Part shown: positions 44,205 to 53,679 of the stretch, in pieces
How the letters are laid out: every line of letters starts with the position of its first letter
How positions within the stretch are numbered: position 1 is the first letter of the stretch
Source: Alphaproteobacteria bacterium
Lineage (GTDB): Bacteria; Pseudomonadota; Alphaproteobacteria; UBA7985
DNA length: 64,000 nt
Assembly (NCBI GenBank): GCA_965228345.1
Contig: CBDDHH010000004.1
Span: 458,983 to 522,982 of the forward strand
Direction of reading: 5' to 3'
Program-made: the position numbers and the translations under genes
Notes under the pieces: model-generated
The model's database searches: none
The model's input: only the letters and a program-made list of their open reading frames with translations
What the model was told of the DNA's origin: nothing

Positions 44205-47000
44205 ATGAGTCTGTACGCCGCTTACCTTGAAGAAATCGAGGCTCGCAAGCAACAAGGGCTAAGCCCCAAACCCATCGAAGACGCGCCGCTGGCAGCCGAA
44301 CTGATCGCCCAGATCCGCGAGCCGAAGCATCCCCATCGTGCCGACTCGCTCGCGTTTTTAATTCGCAATACGCTCCCAGGCACCACGAGCGCGGCGGGGC
44401 AAAAGGCCGCGTTCCTAAAAGAGGTGATTTTGGGCCAGTGCCACGTGCCCGAAATTTCGCGCGACTTGGCCTTTGAACTCCTGGCCCATATGAAAGGTGG
44501 CCCGTCCATCGCGGTGCTGCTCGACCTCGCGTTGGGTGAGGCGGCAAACATTGCGCAGGCGGCGGCCAAGGTGTTGAAAACCCAGATCTTCCTCTACGAC
44601 GCCGATACAGATCGGCTCAAGGCGGCTTTGGCCGATGGCAATGCCGTCGCCAAGAACATTCTGGAGTCATACTCCCAAGGCGAATTTTTTACCCGCCTTC
44701 CCGAGATCGACGAAGAAATCAAAATTGTGACCTATGTAGCGGCGGAAGGGGACATATCGACCGACTTGCTCTCGCCGGGCAACCAAGCCCATTCCCGCGC
44801 CGACCGCGAACTCCATGGCAAGTGCATGATTTCAGAACGCGCGCAGCAGGAAATCCAGGCGCTCAAGCTGCAGCATCCTGACAAGCAGGTCATGTTGATC
44901 GCCGAAAAGGGCACCATGGGCGTTGGGTCCTCGCGCATGTCGGGCGTCAACAATGTCGCGCTCTGGACCGGGAAGGCCGCCAGCCCCTACGTGCCCTTCG
45001 TCAATATTGCGCCCCTTGTCGGAGGTACCAATGGAATTTCCCCGATTTTCTTGACCACGATCGGCGTTACGGGAGGCCTCGGGATCGACCTGAAGAACTG
45101 GCGCAAGGTCTTGGACGACGAGGGCAAGCCCATCCTCAACAACAACGGCGATCCAATTTTGCAGGAAGTCTACTCCGTTGCGACGGGCACGGTCCTGACC
45201 ATCGATACCAAAAACAAGAAGCTGAAAAACGCTGACGGGTCGCAGGCACATGTCGATATTTCGGCGTCCTTGAGCCCGCAAAAGGTCGAGTTTATGAAAG
45301 CGGGCGGGTCTTATGCGATCGTCTTTGGGAAGAAACTCCAGAGCCTTGCGTGCGAGATCCTCGGGGTCGCATACAAATCCGTCTTCGCTCCGGCCAAGGA
45401 GGTGTCGATTGCGGACCAAGGCCTGACGGCGGTGGAGAAAATCTTCAACAAAAACGCGCTTGGCACCACGCTAGGCGCGCGCTTGCACGCAGGCTCAGAC
45501 GTTCGCGTTCGGGTCAATATCGTTGGCTCGCAAGACACGACGGGCCTCATGACAGCGCAGGAGCTGGAGGCCATGGCCGCGACGGTCATTTCCCCAACCT
45601 TAGACGGCGCTTACCAGTCGGGCTGTCACACGGCGTCGGTTTGGGACGCTAAGGCCGAAGCCAATACCCCGCGCCTCATGAAGTTTATGAGCGACTTTGG
45701 TTTGGTGACAGGGCGGGACCCCAAAGGCGTCTATCACCCCATGACCGACGTCATCCATAAGGTCCTGAATGATCTCACCGTCGATGATTGGTCGATCATC
45801 ATCGGCGGCGACTCGCATACGCGCATGTCCAAAGGCGTGGCCTTTGGCGCCGATTCAGGCACCGTCGCCTTGGCGCTGGCAACGGGGGAGGCGACCATGC
45901 CGATCCCAGAGTCGGTGAAGGTGACGTTCAAGGGCAAGCTCGCCAACCATATGGACTTTCGCGACGTGGTCCACGCGACCCAGGCGCAAATGCTGGAGCA
46001 GTTCGGCGACAATGTCTTCCAAGGCCGAGTCATCGAGGCCCATATCGGCACGCTCATGGCCGACCAAGCCTTCACCTTCACCGATTGGACGGCGGAGATG
46101 AAGGCCAAGGCCTCGGTCTGTATCTCGAACGACGAGACCCTGATCCAGTCGCTGCAACTCGCCAAGTCGCGCATCCAAATCATGATCGATAAGGGCATGG
46201 AAAACCGCGATCTGATGCTTCAAGGCTTGATCGGCATCGCCGACCGCCGCATTGAGGAGATTCGCGCAGGCACCCGGCCCGCCCTCAGGCCCGATACCAA
46301 CGCTCGGTACTTTGCCGAAGTTGAAATTGACTTGGACGCGATTGACGAACCCATGATCGCGGACCCAGACGTCGACAATATCGACATATCGAAACGCTAT
46401 ACCCACGATACGATTCGTCCTATTTCTTACTATGGAGGGAAGAAGAAAGTTGACTTAGGTTTTGTCGGTTCCTGCATGGTACACAAGGGTGATCTGTCAA
46501 TCGTTGCACAAATGTTACGGAATTTAAGCAAAGACGGTGCAGAGAAGATCGACTTTAAGGCGCCGCTCGTTGTGACGGCGCCAACCTACAACATCATTGA
46601 TGAGATGAAAGCCGACGGCGACTGGCAAGTCTTGCAAACCCATGCCAGCTTTGAATTTGACGATGCGGCCCCCAAAACCTCAGCGCGCACCGAATACCAA
46701 AACACTCTCTACCTGGAACGCCCCGGATGCAACTTGTGCATGGGCAATCAGGAAAAGGCCGCCAAAGGTGACACGGTGTTGGCGACCTCGACCCGCCTGT
46801 TCAAAGGGCGGGTGGTGGAAGACTCCGATGCCAAAAAAGGGGAATCCTTGCTGGCGTCAACTCCGGTCGTGGTCCTCTCAGCAGTCTTGGGTCGCACCCC
46901 GACGCCGCAGGAATACGTCGACGCGGTTCAAGGGATCGACCTAACCAAGTTTACCCCGCCCTTGACAAAAACTCCCTCTGCGCAGTCTGTCTTTTACTAA
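44205..47000 (+). CDS. acnB: Aconitate hydratase B (bifunctional aconitase / 2-methylisocitrate dehydratase)
   Basis: 931 aa. Collinear similarity to AcnB, including VGSQDTTG and GGDSHTR motifs. Confidence 0.92.
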   Translation: MSLYAAYLEEIEARKQQGLSPKPIEDAPLAAELIAQIREPKHPHRADSLAFLIRNTLPGTTSAAGQKAAFLKEVILGQCHVPEISRDLAFELLAHMKGGPSIAVLLDLALGEAANIAQAAAKVLKTQIFLYDADTDRLKAALADGNAVAKNILESYSQGEFFTRLPEIDEEIKIVTYVAAEGDISTDLLSPGNQAHSRADRELHGKCMISERAQQEIQALKLQHPDKQVMLIAEKGTMGVGSSRMSGVNNVALWTGKAASPYVPFVNIAPLVGGTNGISPIFLTTIGVTGGLGIDLKNWRKVLDDEGKPILNNNGDPILQEVYSVATGTVLTIDTKNKKLKNADGSQAHVDISASLSPQKVEFMKAGGSYAIVFGKKLQSLACEILGVAYKSVFAPAKEVSIADQGLTAVEKIFNKNALGTTLGARLHAGSDVRVRVNIVGSQDTTGLMTAQELEAMAATVISPTLDGAYQSGCHTASVWDAKAEANTPRLMKFMSDFGLVTGRDPKGVYHPMTDVIHKVLNDLTVDDWSIIIGGDSHTRMSKGVAFGADSGTVALALATGEATMPIPESVKVTFKGKLANHMDFRDVVHATQAQMLEQFGDNVFQGRVIEAHIGTLMADQAFTFTDWTAEMKAKASVCISNDETLIQSLQLAKSRIQIMIDKGMENRDLMLQGLIGIADRRIEEIRAGTRPALRPDTNARYFAEVEIDLDAIDEPMIADPDVDNIDISKRYTHDTIRPISYYGGKKKVDLGFVGSCMVHKGDLSIVAQMLRNLSKDGAEKIDFKAPLVVTAPTYNIIDEMKADGDWQVLQTHASFEFDDAAPKTSARTEYQNTLYLERPGCNLCMGNQEKAAKGDTVLATSTRLFKGRVVEDSDAKKGESLLASTPVVVLSAVLGRTPTPQEYVDAVQGIDLTKFTPPLTKTPSAQSVFY

Positions 47001-47189
47001 TACCAATTCACCTTAAAACAGACTCTTTATGAGCTGGTATAGGGCCGCGACTGCGGCCCCCGTAGCGGCCCCGAGATCGGCGGACACGCGCCTCGGGGTA
47101 TCAGCGAAGGGGAGGCGAAACGCATCGCGTTTCTGCCGTGAGATACGAAACGGTCATGAAAAGGTCACTTTTTATGACCGATGGTATAA
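47001..47189 (-). repeat. MITE/REP-like repeat, empty copy
   Basis: Begins directly after the acnB TAA. In reverse-complement orientation it reads ataccatcggtcataaaaagtgaccttttcatgaccgtttcgtatCTcacggcagaaacgc...ggccgcagtcgcggcc...taccagctcataaagagtctgttttaaggtgaattggta. Confidence 0.7.
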
Positions 47190-47530
47190 GTTGTGGAGAA
47201 GTAACCCCTAGCCCAGAAGTGCTGCCCCCAGTAGCGACGCTTTAGCTCTGGGAACTCTTGTTGCAACTTCCGAGACGAGCGACCCTTAATACGCTGCATG
47301 ATGTAAGAGATGGACCGTTTGGGGGGAACGGCCAAGAACATATGGACATGGTCACGCGCCAGAACACCTTTGACGATGCCAACTCCCAATTCCTCACAGG
47401 TTTGGCGAATCATGTCACGCGCCCGCAACCCAATGGCTCCCTCTAGCACTTTATATCGATATTTGGTTGACCAGACGATATGATAGCGATGATGGTAGAC
47501 GCAGTGTGCACCAGAGCTGTATTCAGTCAT
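47165..47530 (-). pseudogene. tnpA: IS200/IS605-family TnpA, last 19 codons replaced by repeat-derived YTIGHKK*
   Basis: Identical to the 140-aa TnpA up to ..GYFSTT, then it reads into the repeat palindrome. Confidence 0.7.
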
Positions 47531-47671
47531 CGTTTTCCTCCTAAAAAATGAAGCTTGTCCGCTTCGCGGGCTTCATTTTTTAGGAGGAAAACGATGAACC
47601 CAACGATTCGCGCTGAAGCGCAGCTCTCTCATCTAAAGACGAGGGCTTCAAACCAGATAACGGACAGTGAA
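47190..47671 (-). mobile_element. IS200-type element copy C, 3' end replaced by the adjacent repeat
   Basis: Left end and hairpin are intact (ends ...acggacagtgaa at 47671). The tnpA 3' end and right end are missing. Confidence 0.7.
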
Positions 47672-47714
47672 CTTGCAATTTGCTCGATTCTACATCTGCC
47701 AACGCCGCGAAGAA

Positions 47715-48830
47715 TCAAATCTCCGTGACGCTGGTGTGGGCCGGCAAATCCGGGAACGCATGCGCGACCTCGCGGTGAGCGATTTTGCCATCGTGGACGT
47801 TGAGACCCAAGGCTAAGTGCGGGTCCGCGGCGCAAGCCGCCTGCCAACCCCGACCCGCAAGCGCGCGTGCAAAAGGCAACGTGGCGGCGTTTAGGGCATA
47901 AGTAGAAGTTTTGGGCACGCCCCCCGGCATGTTGGCCACGCAGTAGTGCACAACCTCATCGATCACGTAGGTGGGCTTCTCATGCGTGGTCGGCCTGGAG
48001 GTTTCAAAGCAACCGCCCTGGTCGATGGCGATATCGACGAGGACAGCGCCGGGTTTCATGGTTTTCAGATCTTCGGCCATCACCAATTTTGGGGCTTTGG
48101 CCCCGGCGACAAGCACGGCGCCAATCACCACATCGGCGGTCTTGAGCGCTTCCGCCAGGGCGGCACGGGTGGAAAATTGCGTTTTCAACGAAGTGCCAAA
48201 CTGGACATCCAGTTGTTCTAAAATCGCCACATTCAAATCAAAGACGGTCACATCGGCGCCCATGCCGACGGCCACTTGCGCCGCGTGGCGACCCGACACG
48301 CCGCCGCCGAGGATCAGCAACTTGGCGGGACCGACACCCGGCACCCCCCCAATCAACAAACCTTGGCCACCATTGCTATGTTGCAAAGTCGTCGCAGCAA
48401 CATGGACCGACATACGCCCTGCGACCTGCGACATCGGACGCAGCAGAGGCAAGGCACCGTTCTTGTCCGTAATGGTCTCATAGGCAATCGCAGTGCAGCC
48501 CGAACGCAGCAGTCCCTCGGTTTGAGGTCGGTCCGGGGCCAAATGCAAGTAGGTAAAGAGCAGTTGGTCGCGTCGCAGCAGCGCCAATTCCTCAGGCTGC
48601 GGCTCCTTAACTTTGACGATCATCTGCGCATCGGCGAAGATCGCATCCCGACTCGCCTCGATCACGGCCCCTGCGTGGGCATAGGCTGTATCGTCTGCGC
48701 CGATACCCGCACCCGCACTAGCCTGAACGGTAACCTCATGACCATCGCCGACGAGAGCGGCGACCGACTCTGGGGTTAGGCCAACGCGTTTTTCCTGCGG
48801 CTTAATTTCACTTGGAACGCCAATTTTCAT
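47715..48830 (-). CDS. ald: Alanine dehydrogenase
   Basis: MKIGVPSEIKPQEKRVGLTPESV... with a Rossmann fold. The start is set at ATG 48830 with a GGGAGA ribosome-binding site. The upstream extension in the track is rejected. Confidence 0.9.
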   Translation of the reverse strand: MKIGVPSEIKPQEKRVGLTPESVAALVGDGHEVTVQASAGAGIGADDTAYAHAGAVIEASRDAIFADAQMIVKVKEPQPEELALLRRDQLLFTYLHLAPDRPQTEGLLRSGCTAIAYETITDKNGALPLLRPMSQVAGRMSVHVAATTLQHSNGGQGLLIGGVPGVGPAKLLILGGGVSGRHAAQVAVGMGADVTVFDLNVAILEQLDVQFGTSLKTQFSTRAALAEALKTADVVIGAVLVAGAKAPKLVMAEDLKTMKPGAVLVDIAIDQGGCFETSRPTTHEKPTYVIDEVVHYCVANMPGGVPKTSTYALNAATLPFARALAGRGWQAACAADPHLALGLNVHDGKIAHREVAHAFPDLPAHTSVTEI

Positions 48831-49102
48831 CGCCTTATCTCCCTGAATAATCCCAATGGTCGTTTGCAACGACCCTCATGTTGTGTTCAATCACCACGCG
48901 GGCTGCGCTCCTGCTTGGTCGCTCTTCCTCTAAGTGCGTGACTTTTCAATTCGTTCGAGTTGACCAAAGCCTCGAGGGATCGAGCCATCGCGGCTTTGGC
49001 ATGACGAAGCCCAGGTGCCAGACTTAGTCTGAAATGTCCTTGCAAATGAGTCTGTGGAAGAGGCATGGTTTAAGTATATGTTGCTCATCGGCCAGAAATA
49101 TG

Positions 49103-49570
49103 CGAAGAATTTCCGAAATGGACGCCATTGACTTAAAGATATTACGAAATTTGCAAATGGATTCGAGTTCAACAAACGCGGAGCTGGCAGAGGGTGTGGG
49201 CCTTTCGCCCGCCGCCTGCCACCGCCGCGTTAAAGCGCTGGAGGCTGTGGGCCTCATCACCTCCTACCAGGCTCATCTTGACGCTAATGCCTTGGGGTTG
49301 CGCACGTCTGTCTTCATTTCGGTAGAACTAGACGGTCAGCGCGCGGACCAACTGCGACAGTTTGAGACCGCAGTTGCCGCAATCCCAGAGGTTATGGAGT
49401 GCACTTTGCTAGCGGGCACCGCCGACTATTTACTACGCGTAATCGTCAAAGATGTGGAAGACTATGAGCGTTTGCACGCCGAGCACCTCACGGCCTTGCC
49501 GCACGTTAGCCGATTGCAAAGCCAATTTAGCTTGCGGAAAATTGTACGAAAAACAGCCTTGCCGATTTAG
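49103..49570 (+). CDS. lrp: Lrp/AsnC-family transcriptional regulator
   Basis: HTH_AsnC (IDLKILRNLQ...NAELAEGVGLSPAACHRRVKALE) plus a RAM domain. It is divergent from ald. Confidence 0.8.
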   Translation, partial: RRISEMDAIDLKILRNLQMDSSSTNAELAEGVGLSPAACHRRVKALEAVGLITSYQAHLDANALGLRTSVFISVELDGQRADQLRQFETAVAAIPEVMECTLLAGTADYLLRVIVKDVEDYERLHAEHLTALPHVSRLQSQFSLRKIVRKTALPI

Positions 49571-49812
49571 CTGCTGAACAAGTGGCGAAACCAGCGTAAC
49601 GGACTGGAGTGGGACTCTCGGCGAAAGCTCTTGCGCCCCTCCAAGCCGGTTTCTTGCCGAGGTGTCATGACGTATTGCCAAAGCGCAGCTTGCCTGCTCA
49701 TAAATTGTCTCCATAAAATATGTAGTGAATGCATATAGATGGGATTAAGAATTTATGCAACCCTTACATAAACCAAGCGGAAACGGCTGTGACACTTAAG
49801 AAGCAGTCGCGT

Positions 49813-50112
49813 ATGACGGGATCGAGCCTGAAGACCTGGCGTAAGGCTTTGGCGCTAACCCAGGGCGAGGCGGCTATGGCACTTGGGCTGAAGTTGCGCA
49901 TGTTTCAACACTATGAGAAGGGCGATCATCCGATCCCTCGTTCCATGGCCTTGGCATGCTGGGCCCTCAAGCAGGGGCGACATGACTTTGATGGCACCAA
50001 AGCTCAAAAAACCAAAGAATGCCTCGCTCTGGCCTTGGTGGGAGACGACCCCAAACTTCGGGCTAAAAAACTCAAAAAGTTGGGCCTACCTGCCTCGACT
50101 GAGAATTCATGA
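49813..50112 (+). CDS. Small HTH (XRE-like) protein, hypothetical
   Basis: LKTWRKALALTQGEAAMALGL resembles an HTH. Lower-GC region. Weak support. Confidence 0.45.
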   Translation: MTGSSLKTWRKALALTQGEAAMALGLKLRMFQHYEKGDHPIPRSMALACWALKQGRHDFDGTKAQKTKECLALALVGDDPKLRAKKLKKLGLPASTENS

Positions 50113-51164
50113 GCCAGCTTCCTCCCAAAGCCATGGCCTACTGGCTACTAGTCTTAAGTCTTTGGATCGTGGGTACAGCGGTAATTGGCGCGATTACGCG
50201 CCTGACCGACTCTGGCCTGACCATGATGGCCTGGGATGCTATTGAACCTTGGTGGCCGTCTGCGGCACGGATCCGCCAGTACTACGCACTCTATCAAACT
50301 ACTCCCGAATCCCAAGTGACAGCCTTTACCTTTGATCAGTTCATACCGCGCTTTTTCTGGGAATGGTTTCATCGCAATTGGGCGCGGGCACTGGGCCTTA
50401 TGGCTCTAGGGGGCTCCCTTTACTTTGCGATCCGTCGTCAAATACCTGGTGCGTTCGCGCCCGCGGTTGTCTCAGCGCCGTTTTTGATTGGCTTTCAGGG
50501 GCTCCTTGGTTGGTTTATGGTCTATTCGGGTTTTGACACCTCTATGGGGGTCAGCCACTATCGATTGGCGCTGCACCTCGGCGGAGCTTTTGTCGCTTTA
50601 GGTCTGTTTTACTGGACAGCTCTGCGCGTTCTTTGCCCCAAGCCAAACTGGTCTTTTCCAAGGACACCCTGGGTCTTGAGCCTTGTGTTCTTGTCGCCAA
50701 CCCTGATCTATGGGGCCTTTACGGCTGGCCTCAACGCCGCGGACGCATCGCAGACTTGGCCGCACTTTCACGAAGATCAATTCTTTCCTCAGGGACTGTG
50801 CGACAGCTACGCGCCTTGGGCCTTAGGATGTTGGGTCAACAGTCCTTGGGGGGTACATTTTGTCCATCGAACCGTGGCCCTAGCGGCGGCACTTGTAATT
50901 GGGTTTGCCGCCATCATTACCTTGGTTCAGCGACCGAGCCCAGCGGCCGCTGGGATCTCCAGCGCTGTTTTGGCGGTTCTGGTGGCGCAATTTTGCTTGG
51001 GCGTTTGGTTGGTGATTTTGCCAGGATCAATCCTAAACCCGAGTGCGGCAAAACTCACCCTCGCGGTGAGCCACCAGGTAGGTGGCCTGGCTTTGTTCAC
51101 CCTTGTTCTGACCGCCCTCTATGGTCGCACATCGCAACCCAAGAGCGCCGAGAAGGCGACTTGA
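50109..51164 (+). CDS. ctaA: Heme A synthase CtaA (COX15 family)
   Basis: Polytopic membrane protein. ITRLTDSGLTMMAW and a conserved His in the TM helices. Confidence 0.8.
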   Translation: MSQLPPKAMAYWLLVLSLWIVGTAVIGAITRLTDSGLTMMAWDAIEPWWPSAARIRQYYALYQTTPESQVTAFTFDQFIPRFFWEWFHRNWARALGLMALGGSLYFAIRRQIPGAFAPAVVSAPFLIGFQGLLGWFMVYSGFDTSMGVSHYRLALHLGGAFVALGLFYWTALRVLCPKPNWSFPRTPWVLSLVFLSPTLIYGAFTAGLNAADASQTWPHFHEDQFFPQGLCDSYAPWALGCWVNSPWGVHFVHRTVALAAALVIGFAAIITLVQRPSPAAAGISSAVLAVLVAQFCLGVWLVILPGSILNPSAAKLTLAVSHQVGGLALFTLVLTALYGRTSQPKSAEKAT

Positions 51165-51233
51165 CCCCTGCAGCGCGACTGCCTAAAGCCACCCATCCAA
51201 AGTAGATTAGTTTAGAAGGTAGGCCAAAGTTCC

Positions 51234-51500
51234 ATGGCAAACTCCCCCCAGGCAAAAAAGCGCGTACGAACCAACACAACCCGAGCGCGCATCAACGCGG
51301 CTCGTCGTTCACGGGTGCGAACCTTTTTGAAAAAAGTTGACTTGGCGATTGTCGGCGGTGACCAAGCGTCTGCAACACAGGCGCTGCGCACGGCCCAATC
51401 GGAACTTATGCGTGGGGTTGTGCGCGGCGTATTCAAAAAAAACACAGCGGCGCGCACCATTTCCCGCTTGAATGCACGGATCAAAGGAATGGAGGCCTGA
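51234..51500 (+). CDS. rpsT: 30S ribosomal protein S20
   Basis: [31 protein letters not shown].. Confidence 0.92.
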   Translation: MANSPQAKKRVRTNTTRARINAARRSRVRTFLKKVDLAIVGGDQASATQALRTAQSELMRGVVRGVFKKNTAARTISRLNARIKGMEA

Positions 51501-51530
51501 GGCGGTCCCCACAGCACCATCTTTTCGAGG

Positions 51531-51552
51531 GGCCGAAGTTGGCCCTTTTTTG
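51531..51552 (+). terminator. Rho-independent terminator after rpsT
   Basis: gggccgaagttggccc followed by tttttt. Confidence 0.65.
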
Positions 51553-51762
51553 TGCGACTTTGGGACACGTCGTTAAAGTCCGGCGCGCTAAAGTCATTGG
51601 CATTTGTCTTGAATCGGTTGAATGGCTTTCAGCCCTTTGTTGGCGCGGGTGGTCCCAACGTCGATTGTTCTAATCGACTTGGAATTCGCTATAGAGCCTA
51701 TGTCCCATCCATTGATGACCCCCTTTTGCTTGTGAAGGGATTTTGAATCCAAGGATTGCCCC

Positions 51763-52290
51763 ATGGCGCAGAAGAGTTCTTATTCATACAAGGAGTTGAT
51801 CTCCGCAGGCCGTGGGGAGCTGTTCGCACCGCGGGGGCCGCAGCTACCACTGCCACCTATGCTCATGTTCGATCGGATTTGTGTCATCTCCAAGACCGGT
51901 GGCACCTACAATCGTGGTCAAGTAGTGGCAGAATTAGATATCAGGCCCGACCTTTGGTTCTACCCCTGTCATTTTCAACAGGATCCTGTTATGCCTGGGT
52001 GTCTAGGCGTAGATGCGCTTTGGCAACTGGTAGGGTTCTACTTGGGCTGGTTGGGCGGCGAGGGCAAGGGACGGGCCCTCGGCGCAGGTGAAATCAAGTT
52101 TGTTGGCCAAGTCCGCCCGACAGCCAGAAAAGTCAGCTACAAAGTTTCAATCCGCCGGGCCAAAATTTCGGGCGCTTCTATCGCCTTCGCCGATGGTCTC
52201 GTCTATGGGGATGACCATCTTGTTTATGACTGCCGGGGGCTGCGCGTCGGCCTCTTCAACCAAGAATCACTGGAGGCTATGGATCAATGA
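51763..52290 (+). CDS. fabA: 3-hydroxydecanoyl-ACP dehydratase/isomerase FabA
   Basis: ..PDLWFYPCHFQQDPVMPGCLGVDALWQLVGFYLGWLG.. Confidence 0.9.
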   Translation: MAQKSSYSYKELISAGRGELFAPRGPQLPLPPMLMFDRICVISKTGGTYNRGQVVAELDIRPDLWFYPCHFQQDPVMPGCLGVDALWQLVGFYLGWLGGEGKGRALGAGEIKFVGQVRPTARKVSYKVSIRRAKISGASIAFADGLVYGDDHLVYDCRGLRVGLFNQESLEAMDQ

Positions 52291-53510
52291 GTTTGCCGCG
52301 CGTCGTCATTACAGGATTCGGGCTTGTTTCATCCTTGGGCGGCAATCGCACCGAGGTATGGGACGCGCTCCAGTCCGGCACCTCGGGCCAGGTCTTCGAC
52401 GCAAGCTTCGCCGATCATGGTTTTCGCTGCCAAGTTTCGGCGCCGCCGAAGGTCCGTGCCTTGGATGTTTTGGACCGAAAAACCCAAAGGTTCATGGGCG
52501 AAACGGCAGGCCTCGCTTATTTGGCGGCCCAAGAAGCCCTTGAGGTGGCGCGCTTGTCCATGGCTGAGGTACAATCACCGCGTACGGCGCTAATCGTCGG
52601 CTCGGGCGGTCCTTCGACAAGCGTGCAAGTCGGCATTGCCGATACGGTACGCGACCGCGGTGCCCGCAAAGTGGGGCCGACGCTGGTACCCAAGATCATG
52701 AGTTCCGGTGTGTCGGCGGTGCTCTCGACTTTGTTGCAAACCCAAGGACCTTCCTATTCCATCTCTTCGGCCTGCTCGACCTCCGCACACTGCCTTGGCC
52801 ATGCAATGGAGTTGATCCAGCTTGGAAAAGCCGACCGAGCCTTGGCGGGCGGGGCCGAGGAAGTGGACTGGACTATGGCCGTCGCTTTCGACGCTATGGG
52901 TGCCATGTCCGCAGGCCACAATACGTCCCCCACGAGCGCGTCGCGCGCATATGATGCGGATCGCGACGGGTTTGTCATCTCAGGTGGTGGCTCGATTCTC
53001 GTCTTAGAGTCCCTACAGGCTGCCGAGGCGCGCGGCGCAACAATCTTGGCCGAACTCGTCGGTTACGGCGCTAGCGCAGATGGCTACGACATGGTAGCAC
53101 CCTCTGGCGAAGGGGCCGTTCGGTGTATGCGGTTGGCTTTAGCGCAAGCGGGCCATCCTCCCATTGACTATATTAACACCCATGGCACGTCGACGCCCCT
53201 AGGCGACAGTCGGGAACTTGAGGCGTTGGCCGAGGTCTTTGGCGACCCCCGGCGCGTTCCCCCTCTGTCATCGACCAAATCACTCTCGGGTCATGCCTTG
53301 GGGGCGGCTGGGTCGAACGAAGCCGCTTACTGCTTGCTCATGATGCAGCACAACACCCTTATCGCCTCAGCCCATATAGACAAATTGGACGACCGGGCAG
53401 CGGACTTCGATATCGTGCGGCACAACCGGGTTGGTCCGATCAGGCATGTCCTGTCAAACTCTTTCGGCTTCGGGGGCACCAACGCAACCCTGATTTTCAA
53501 AGCCGCTTAA
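52287..53510 (+). CDS. fabB: 3-oxoacyl-ACP synthase I FabB
   Basis: 407 aa KAS-I. ATGA overlap with fabA. Confidence 0.9.
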   Translation: MSLPRVVITGFGLVSSLGGNRTEVWDALQSGTSGQVFDASFADHGFRCQVSAPPKVRALDVLDRKTQRFMGETAGLAYLAAQEALEVARLSMAEVQSPRTALIVGSGGPSTSVQVGIADTVRDRGARKVGPTLVPKIMSSGVSAVLSTLLQTQGPSYSISSACSTSAHCLGHAMELIQLGKADRALAGGAEEVDWTMAVAFDAMGAMSAGHNTSPTSASRAYDADRDGFVISGGGSILVLESLQAAEARGATILAELVGYGASADGYDMVAPSGEGAVRCMRLALAQAGHPPIDYINTHGTSTPLGDSRELEALAEVFGDPRRVPPLSSTKSLSGHALGAAGSNEAAYCLLMMQHNTLIASAHIDKLDDRAADFDIVRHNRVGPIRHVLSNSFGFGGTNATLIFKAA

Positions 53511-53532
53511 TTCCGTCGGCACGTTTGCCTCG

Positions 53533-53674
53533 TCCTACCCTCATACCAGCGATCATAAGAGTCATTTATAATTGCCGCTGGTATAAGCGCTTTCTTAGCT
53601 ATTCTCGGAGTCGCTGCGGGGGCCGCAGCCCCTATATCAGCGGGAACAGGAGTCATTTTTGTCGCCGCTGGTAT
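53533..53674. repeat. Rearranged short member of the MITE/REP-like family
   Basis: ataccagcgatcataagagtcatttataattgccgctggtat, then gtcgctgcgggggccgcagcccc, then a second terminal hairpin atcagcgggaacaggagtcatttttgtcgccgctggtat. Confidence 0.6.
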
Positions 53675-53679
53675 AGTCC

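Noticed and set aside
48831-48869. 13-codon upstream extension of ald
   Set aside because: A GGGAGA ribosome-binding site is correctly spaced for ATG 48830, and MKIGVPSEIK matches alanine dehydrogenase N-termini.
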